64,000 nucleotides of DNA from the NCBI GenBank assembly GCA_039815375.1, contig JBCBZJ010000002.1, forward strand, positions 1 through 64,000, read 5' to 3'. The position numbers and the translations under genes were made by a program. Shown piece after piece: positions 56,852 to 64,000 of the stretch. Source of the DNA: Verrucomicrobiota bacterium. Lineage in GTDB: Bacteria > Verrucomicrobiota > Verrucomicrobiia > Opitutales > Coraliomargaritaceae. How positions within the stretch are numbered: the stretch's first letter is position 1; the number at the start of each line of letters is the position of its first letter. A model generated the notes under the pieces. That model did no database searches, was not told the DNA's origin, and was given only the letters and a program-made list of their open reading frames with translations.

Positions 56852-59800
56852 ATGAGATTTGTAATACCTCTCAAAGCACTGATTCTGATTTCATTCGCAG
56901 TCCAGACGGCTCCAGCAGATATTGTCGAGCGCGATAGCTTCGAAAATGGATCTGTTGCCGACAGTGATTCTTCGTCCTATTTCTGGACACCTTTATCCTC
57001 CTCGACACTAGCGACGACCCATACCGAATCTGCGGGGCAGATGGAACTCACGGCGGGTGACAGTAGCGACAACTCCGCTCCTTCTCAATCAACCGCGCTG
57101 GTCAGCGATCCATCAACAGAATTTGATATCTTTACGGAAACTAGACAGTTCCGGGTGCGAGGTTTGTCGTTTACCGATAATGGGTCGGGCTTTCCAATGG
57201 ATAAGGCCCTTTTTAGTTTTGCCCTGATATCGGACGGTGATTCATCGGCTATGGCTGATGATGCTATTATTTTTGAAATCAGGGGTGATCTTAGCAATGT
57301 TTCACTTGGCTATAAGATTAACGGCGGTGCTACTACCGAAGTGACGTTGGTCAGTGATCCGGTCCGTCTCGTCGCAGGTGGTGATCCGGTTAATTCACCC
57401 GATGCGAGCTTTCACCCGCTGATGAATCCGCATGATAAACTCATGGTCGTTCCCTCAGAATTTGACTTGAGCCTGGAACCCGGGGAGGTAGCTGGCCAGA
57501 TCGACTATTACCTGCGCCTCAGTGGCTTAAAGGGAAACGGAGAGCGCGTGCAGGTGATACATACTGGTTCCTTTCCTTTGGAAGTCGCGGATTGGAGTGG
57601 TAATGGGACCGCACGGGTCTGTCTCACGGCGCTAGAAGACGACGTTGCGGCAGTAAACCAGAATTTCACTGTTTCGATGGATAGTTTCGAGACACTCAAG
57701 CCTGGAGCGGCGGCTTCAGTGGTAAAGAATGTCTTAATGATCGTCTGCGACGACTTCCGCCCACAGATTCTGACCTATAATCATAACTTAAGCGGTATGT
57801 CTGCGATGCATACGCCACATCTTGATCTTCTTGCTGCGGAAGGGACAGTCTTTGAGCGGGCCTACAACAATATTCCATTGTGCGGACCATCACGCCTGAG
57901 TTTCATGTCCGGTGCGCGCCCCTACAAGGAACCCGGCCAAAACTATGGTCGCTACTGGGATAACAGTTCTTTATTGAGAGTAGGATCTTCTTCTTCTGAT
58001 GGCACCGCAAACTATAACTACGCAGGCGAGACGATTCCTCAACACTTCAAGAACCATGGATATGCCACCCGCTCCTGGGGCAAGATTTACCATGAAGTAA
58101 ATAGTGACTGGACGGCTGTTTCATATCCACTCAATCAGGGAGAAAGTTACGGCCACTACGCTGAACCCGCCTGGGATTTAGCCTCCCGTATCAAGACGGG
58201 GTGGAATACTTCAAAGTTTGTCGGCACCGGTGCAAAGAATCCGGGCTATGCTTACGAAATTGGTGACGGTAGTGCCTTCCTCACACGTGCCGACGTGACT
58301 GATGTTAACGTGGTTTATTATAGTGATGAACGCCGTTACAACCCGGATGCGGTTCGCTTGGACAAAGTTATTACCGATCTGCGAGACCTTGAAGATGAGC
58401 GGTTGCTGCTCGCGGTTGGTTTAACTTCAGCACACCTTCCTTTCAAACAAAGACAGGAGTTCTGGGACTTGTATCCTGCTGATAATATTGTGATCCCGCA
58501 CAATGACGGTGAATCAGTAAATGCGCCATCCGCGTCTTTTCATAGCTCTGATCCATCCAGTCGGAGCCCGGAATACCGTAGTTACGCTGGAGTTCCCGGC
58601 AGAAATTCTTCCACCACGATCGAAGAGACCGACGGGCGCTACGGGCAATCGTTACGTCATGAAACTATTCGCGGTTACTACGCAGCAGCGTCCTACATTG
58701 ATGCCGAGATTGGTCGCTTAGTGGAAAGCCTGAAATATACTTACGATGGCGAAGGTAATCGCTACTATGACAACACGGTCATTGCGCTCTGGGGCGATCA
58801 TGGGTTTCACATTGGCGAACACACGTCATGGGGCAAGAAGACGAATTATCGCGTCTCAAATCAGGTCCCGCTCCTTGTTCGCTCACCGGATATGAAGGGC
58901 GGCCAGCGCGTTAAGCGTCTCGTCGAATTGGTGGACGTATATCCCACTCTCTGTGACCTTTCCGGCACTGGCTTACCGTCAACCGGCCATCTTGAAGGCA
59001 GCAGCATGGTGCCCCTGATGCAGAATCCTGAAAGACCATGGAAACCGGCAGTTTTCTCACGTTACATGAAGGGTGACAATATCCAGACCGAGCGATTCAG
59101 CTATACGGAGTATGTCAATAACAACGACAATGTTGTCGCGAATATGCTCTACGATCTTCTCCTCGATCCGGACGAGACCTATAACATTGCTCCTTCCAAT
59201 CCGACCCTTGTGTCAGAGTTAAGTGCCTATCTCGGTGTCGGGGCAATTGGCAAACGAGATGCATGGAAGGCTTTCGTGGACGAAAGCAATAGTAATTTGC
59301 CGGACGTCACTTCGCTCACTCTCTCCGAGCCGGTTTACCCATCCGACTACTTTGACAAGCTGGCTTCGCGCACACCGCAGTTTCCGGTTGAAGTTAGTTA
59401 CGATGTGCGTCGTACGGCTAGTAGCACAAACTTCGACCTGCATCTGGCTGGAATCAGCGACAACCCCTACGACAGCTACAGCATCTACTATACGACAGAC
59501 GGATCCAGTCCGCTTTTGGATTACTCGGTCTCCGAAGAAATCATTGGAATCGATAGCGGTAGTTTCACTTATGTGCAGAATTTCGATTCACTCCCGATAC
59601 ACGACACAGGAGCAGACGGTGGCGACGACGTAAACCGTGACCCGCTGGCTTGGACCAATGGTATCACGCTCACTGGCTGGGCTCGGGAAATAAATCCTCT
59701 TGCGGTTACAGACGGCCAAAATGATTATTCAGGTAACAACGGCTTCTTGGGTGCGGAGGACAACTCAGGCTTCCACAATGTTGGAGCAGACGGAGACAGT

Positions 59801-62002
59801 GAACGTGCGCTCGGATTCATCGGGCGCGATGACGATTCTTACCCTGCCGCATTAACGCTCACCTTTCGCAACATTTCCGGTGCAACTATTGATTCCTTTG
59901 ACTTAAGCTACACTGGCGAGCAATGGTTCCGGAGCGCTTACCCGGTAAATCTCGAATTCCAGTATGCCATCGGGAGCGCTGTATCAGCATCTCCACTGGA
60001 TGAAACTCCCTCTTGGGTCGACGTGAATGCTCTGGACTTCGTCCCCTTGGAAACGGGCAATAATCGGGAAATGAACGGTAACGAGGCCGCGAATCAAAGC
60101 CTCCTTTCAGTTAGCAACATAGCGATCAGTCTGCCCCCGGAAGACTTTATAACCTTCCGCTGGAGCTACCCTGGTCCCATCGGTATTACTGGCACCGGTA
60201 TGTTTGTTGACGACGTTAGCGTGAACTTTTCCGGGAGTGGTTCAGGTTCAGAGGTAACCGACGGAATTGTGTATACGGGCCCACTCGCTCTCGCGCTTGA
60301 TAGCGCTCACACAATCAATGCAATGGCCATTAATGCCTCTGGTGAGGTGTCAGCTGTGAAGACTATTTCGCTCAATGTTTCTGGTTCTACACCGACCAGT
60401 CCGCCCGATATCAAATGGCTTTCTCCCTCCGATGGAGCCGTTCTCACACCCGGAGGAACAACTACTTTACGGGCGCTCGTGACCGATGGCGACGCGTTGG
60501 TGAATAGCGTCAAGTTCTTCGCGGCGGACACCGAACTCGGAGAAGATACCCTGCCACCTTATACGTTTGATTGGACACCAGTACCGATCGGGCAGTACCC
60601 ATTACATGCTCGTGCTTACGACGCAAACGGATTTGAGGTCTTGTCAACGACGGTTCAGGTGTTGGTGGACACCGATTCAATCAACCTCCTTAGCAATAGT
60701 GGGTTCGAATTGGGCAATCTATCGGATTGGGATACGATTGGTTCCGGAGCCGAAGGAGTCGCAGTGGGAGTTGCTCGTAGCGGCGGTTTTGCCTGGCTGA
60801 ACTCGAGCTCGACCGATCTTATAGTTAATCCTGGTTTTGAGTTGGGAAACAAGACCGGCTGGATAGAAAATGGCGGACAAACCTCTTCCATCGTAAGCGA
60901 CCCGGTCCATACTGGAGATTATGCATGGCTTACGGACCAGAAAACTGTAACTTGGGCAGGGCCTACCATCGAACTCGATCAGATTATGGTAGACGGACAA
61001 ACTTATACTGTTGCTGTCCAAGCCCGTCTTAAGGAAGGAGTGGCCGCGACTGATGTGAATTTGAGGGTCAACAAAAAGTATGAAGGCGAAGAAAATGAGA
61101 GTACGATCATCGAAACAGCATCGGTCACCGACGCTGAATGGGTAGAGTTGGCAGGCAATTACACACTCAGTCTGGACCCGGGGAAAACCCTCGAAAATCT
61201 CTTTTTCTTGGTTAATGCCAATGAGAGCACGGATAAGTCTTTTTACATTGATGATGCAGTTGTTCGTAACCAAGAAGCCGTTAGTGGTAATGCAAGCCTT
61301 AGCCGGAACCTCATCAATGTTATGCTTCCAGGGAAATCCTATTCGCTCAGTGCCTGGATCAATCTTGGAAAATCTCCCGGCGGTGAAGTCACTATGAGCG
61401 TCGTCAAGAAATATGTCTCGGGAACTGTAGAGACCACATCCCTTGGGACCATTGACTTGACTGATTTCGGCTATCAGGAGTTGACTGGCACCTACACCCT
61501 CCAAGTATCCAGCGGAGAGACTCTTGAGCAACTTGACTTACTTATCGAGGCTCCGGGGGGAGCCATCATTGTGGTTGATGATGTGACGGTACGCGAGGTT
61601 GTGGCAACCAGCAGAGGTGTCTCAATTGACTGGCTAGAGTTACAGGGCATTCCAGGAGACCCGGAAGTTAATCAGGATCTGGATCATGACTTTGATGGAG
61701 TTCCAACTTGGCTCGAGTTCGCTACCGGCACCTTGCCGCTTGATCCAGACTCGTTCTTTCGCATCACGGAGTTTACTCTAAATTCGTCCGGACAGAACGT
61801 CCTGACATGGAGTGGATCACGTGAAAGTGGCGGATTGCTAGGCTGGAATGTGTGGTCCAGTACAGACCTCGAAAATTGGTATTTGCTAGAAGAAAACATT
61901 GTGCGTGACCCTTTATCAACGGGGCTCAATACCTTTACTGAACCGTTCTCTGAAAGCTCTCCGAGAGTGTTCTACCGTATCGAACTCCCTTGGCGGCAAT
62001 AG
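56852..62002 (+). CDS. Multidomain exported sulfatase (iduronate/choline-sulfatase-like) with Fn3/chitobiase-like, Ig-like (Big) and CBM4/9-like modules
   Basis: NVLMIVCDD.RP, LCGPSR (Cys-type FGly motif), GKIYH, GDHGFH.GEH, ELVDVYPT; IYYTTDG...YTGP; V.F.....LG.D...PY...W; N.GFE...W repeats; ATG 56852 gives a signal peptide. Confidence 0.92.
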   Translation: MRFVIPLKALILISFAVQTAPADIVERDSFENGSVADSDSSSYFWTPLSSSTLATTHTESAGQMELTAGDSSDNSAPSQSTALVSDPSTEFDIFTETRQFRVRGLSFTDNGSGFPMDKALFSFALISDGDSSAMADDAIIFEIRGDLSNVSLGYKINGGATTEVTLVSDPVRLVAGGDPVNSPDASFHPLMNPHDKLMVVPSEFDLSLEPGEVAGQIDYYLRLSGLKGNGERVQVIHTGSFPLEVADWSGNGTARVCLTALEDDVAAVNQNFTVSMDSFETLKPGAAASVVKNVLMIVCDDFRPQILTYNHNLSGMSAMHTPHLDLLAAEGTVFERAYNNIPLCGPSRLSFMSGARPYKEPGQNYGRYWDNSSLLRVGSSSSDGTANYNYAGETIPQHFKNHGYATRSWGKIYHEVNSDWTAVSYPLNQGESYGHYAEPAWDLASRIKTGWNTSKFVGTGAKNPGYAYEIGDGSAFLTRADVTDVNVVYYSDERRYNPDAVRLDKVITDLRDLEDERLLLAVGLTSAHLPFKQRQEFWDLYPADNIVIPHNDGESVNAPSASFHSSDPSSRSPEYRSYAGVPGRNSSTTIEETDGRYGQSLRHETIRGYYAAASYIDAEIGRLVESLKYTYDGEGNRYYDNTVIALWGDHGFHIGEHTSWGKKTNYRVSNQVPLLVRSPDMKGGQRVKRLVELVDVYPTLCDLSGTGLPSTGHLEGSSMVPLMQNPERPWKPAVFSRYMKGDNIQTERFSYTEYVNNNDNVVANMLYDLLLDPDETYNIAPSNPTLVSELSAYLGVGAIGKRDAWKAFVDESNSNLPDVTSLTLSEPVYPSDYFDKLASRTPQFPVEVSYDVRRTASSTNFDLHLAGISDNPYDSYSIYYTTDGSSPLLDYSVSEEIIGIDSGSFTYVQNFDSLPIHDTGADGGDDVNRDPLAWTNGITLTGWAREINPLAVTDGQNDYSGNNGFLGAEDNSGFHNVGADGDSERALGFIGRDDDSYPAALTLTFRNISGATIDSFDLSYTGEQWFRSAYPVNLEFQYAIGSAVSASPLDETPSWVDVNALDFVPLETGNNREMNGNEAANQSLLSVSNIAISLPPEDFITFRWSYPGPIGITGTGMFVDDVSVNFSGSGSGSEVTDGIVYTGPLALALDSAHTINAMAINASGEVSAVKTISLNVSGSTPTSPPDIKWLSPSDGAVLTPGGTTTLRALVTDGDALVNSVKFFAADTELGEDTLPPYTFDWTPVPIGQYPLHARAYDANGFEVLSTTVQVLVDTDSINLLSNSGFELGNLSDWDTIGSGAEGVAVGVARSGGFAWLNSSSTDLIVNPGFELGNKTGWIENGGQTSSIVSDPVHTGDYAWLTDQKTVTWAGPTIELDQIMVDGQTYTVAVQARLKEGVAATDVNLRVNKKYEGEENESTIIETASVTDAEWVELAGNYTLSLDPGKTLENLFFLVNANESTDKSFYIDDAVVRNQEAVSGNASLSRNLINVMLPGKSYSLSAWINLGKSPGGEVTMSVVKKYVSGTVETTSLGTIDLTDFGYQELTGTYTLQVSSGETLEQLDLLIEAPGGAIIVVDDVTVREVVATSRGVSIDWLELQGIPGDPEVNQDLDHDFDGVPTWLEFATGTLPLDPDSFFRITEFTLNSSGQNVLTWSGSRESGGLLGWNVWSSTDLENWYLLEENIVRDPLSTGLNTFTEPFSESSPRVFYRIELPWRQ

Positions 62003-62700
62003 CTTAATAAAAAAAACGAGTCATGTTGAGTTTACTTGATGTGATCCGCTTGAAAAGGTTCGCCTGGCTTAGATCAGCCCTTCGATTGCTTTGGTTGTAT
62101 TCAACCAGCAAAAGAATTACTTGCATGCTTTGCGCTGACTTCAAACCGAACAATGCAAACGAACTTTGCGAGTATTACATAGAGTAGGGTGAGTCTTTTG
62201 ATTGGGCACATTTTTTATGCATGGCATCACAATGTGCCCGCCTAAATAGTATTCGGAAATTCTTTAGGCGATCTAAACATAGGGATACCTGTTAGGCTGG
62301 CGGTCAAATATGTCTATACGCTCCTCCGGCATTTAGTCGCCAAGCACTTTGTTTACCCTGTCGCATAATACGGGCTAAGCTCATCTTTGGTAGTGAGAGA
62401 ATAGCTACGATTCGCGTTCACATAAATAAGGTAGAGCTCGAGTTTTTGATAGGCTTAGGTTTCTCGAAATCCCTTTGCGGCATGTTGTGAATCTTTATAC
62501 AGTTATCGATTCGAGAAGCATGGAGTGGATCACGCGTGTACTGGATTCCCTTTTTGCATGGTTAAAACAAAGCAGGATTCAAAAAATCGAAAATTTCTGA
62601 ATCCAAATCCCAATTTTGTGCGTATTCCATCATAGAGCTCAATCACCATGTGGCCGCATGTTTATCTCACTTAATCTTAAATCTAAAACATTTTATTATC

Positions 62701-64000
62701 ATGAATTATCGAAAGTATAGTATGAATATCGCCGCCATTTCGGCGATTGCGTTTACCACTCAGTTCTCACCTGTTTCTGCAAGCGGCATGAGTACTTTTA
62801 CGATTGCATCAACAGCTAAGATGGAATCAGTGAAGCCAAACTTGGTTGAAGTTGCTGCTGAAGCAGGAAGTTTTCAAACTCTGCTGACTGCTGCAAAAGC
62901 CGCCGGGTTGGCAGACGTGTTGCAATCCAAAGGACCTTTTACCGTGCTTGCTCCAAGTGATGAGGCCTTTTCCAAATTGCTGCCGGAAGGTTCGGTTGAT
63001 CGGTTACTTCGGCCCGAGAATAAAGAAGAACTGGTTAACATTCTAAAGTATCATGTTTTGCCAGGCAGATTGAATGCTCAGGATGTTGCAAGTTTGCCTG
63101 CAGCTACGACGGTGAATGGTCAATCTGTATCTATCACTAAAAACGGCAGTAATTTGAGGTTCAATGCCGCACTGGTCAAAAAGGCAGATATTCACGCATC
63201 AAATGGTGTTATACATGTGATTGATCGAGTGCTAACTCCATCTTCCAAAACTATCGTGGATGTAGCAGAAAATGCTAATGAATTTGTATCCTTAATTGCT
63301 GCCCTGAAAGCGACCGGTCTGGATACTGCCCTGATGGGAGAGGGGCCGTTAACAGTTCTGGCACCGACGGACAGAGCCTTTTCGGCACTTCCTAAAGGAA
63401 CGGTCAGTTCCTTGCTCAAAGAAGAAAACCTTCCCAAGTTGAAGGAAATTCTTAAGTATCACGTAATTCCAGGTAGGATCTTGTCGTCCGAATTGTCAAA
63501 AAAGCCCTCTATCAAAACACTGAATGGGCAGACACTTCCAATTGTTGCTAGTGCCAGAGGTATCAGATTAGGTACTGCCCGAGTTATTAATGGTGATTTG
63601 AATACGTCTAACGGTATTGTCCATATTATTGATTCGGTTCTGATTCCATCAGTTGAAGATCATGCGCAGAGGGATGCTCATGTAGTTAAAACTCATTCGA
63701 CGGAGAAAATGTCTTTCCAGGCATCGACTGAAAGCATTATCCACAAGGCAATCGAAGTGGGAGCACCTCTTTATAATCAGCACAATGCTAAAGCATGTGC
63801 AGATGTATATTCTCTCGCCGCTGAGTCTCTTGTAAACATGAAGATACCTTCTCAATTCAAAGTCGAGTTGAGCCGAGCAATCCAAAAAGCCAACCGGCAA
63901 TCGAAAGCGTCCGACCGAGCATGGACGTATCGGCATGCATTTGATAAAGTCCTGCTTCTCTCGAAGGAAATGACATCTGCTACTTCTATGATTGAATCAC
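62701..64000 (+). CDS. Fasciclin (2 x FAS1) domain protein, runs off window end
   Basis: Manual translation open from ATG 62701 to the end: GPFTVLAPSDEAF, ILKYHV, NGVIHVID.VL and a second copy GPLTVLAPTD.AF...NGIVHIIDSVL; C-terminal AIEVGAPLYN..ACADVY helical module. Confidence 0.92.
   Translation, partial: MNYRKYSMNIAAISAIAFTTQFSPVSASGMSTFTIASTAKMESVKPNLVEVAAEAGSFQTLLTAAKAAGLADVLQSKGPFTVLAPSDEAFSKLLPEGSVDRLLRPENKEELVNILKYHVLPGRLNAQDVASLPAATTVNGQSVSITKNGSNLRFNAALVKKADIHASNGVIHVIDRVLTPSSKTIVDVAENANEFVSLIAALKATGLDTALMGEGPLTVLAPTDRAFSALPKGTVSSLLKEENLPKLKEILKYHVIPGRILSSELSKKPSIKTLNGQTLPIVASARGIRLGTARVINGDLNTSNGIVHIIDSVLIPSVEDHAQRDAHVVKTHSTEKMSFQASTESIIHKAIEVGAPLYNQHNAKACADVYSLAAESLVNMKIPSQFKVELSRAIQKANRQSKASDRAWTYRHAFDKVLLLSKEMTSATSMIES

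Overview
Gene-dense bacterial window, most likely from Verrucomicrobiota/Opitutales (inferred from PEP-CTERM proteins and secreted proteins with DxDGDG..STDL..W..FYR C-termini). I found no rRNA, tRNA or CRISPR array. Main blocks: (1) 1.6-15.6 kb, a surface-protein island with five PEP-CTERM proteins, a 14-repeat FG-GAP protein, an OmpR-type two-component system with a shared promoter box, a TetR with a perfect 32-bp palindrome, and a RAYT transposase with three GTAG-REP clusters. (2) 15.8-22.9 kb, an ABC/FtsX/AttH-lipocalin module joined to a methyltransferase, an FAD oxidoreductase and a type III PKS. (3) 27.8-37.3 kb, a purine-nucleoside scavenging cluster: exported nucleoside hydrolase and phosphorylase, deaminase, Ndm-like Rieske oxygenase, Na+ symporter, DUF3574 lipoprotein and a hydrolase-SAM_HAT_C fusion. 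Six genes here each have a sigma54-type GG-N10-GC motif 12-14 nt before the ATG; this is the best candidate for an undescribed system. (4) 44.7-50.3 kb, a YHS/ATP-grasp/OlsF-like/DinB/NRDE operon. (5) 52.1-55.2 kb, a leader ORF and terminator ahead of an ABC transporter-DUF1854 pair. (6) 56.9-64 kb, a large sulfatase with nested domain insertions and a truncated fasciclin gene. All family calls come from motif recognition by eye; no database searches were run.
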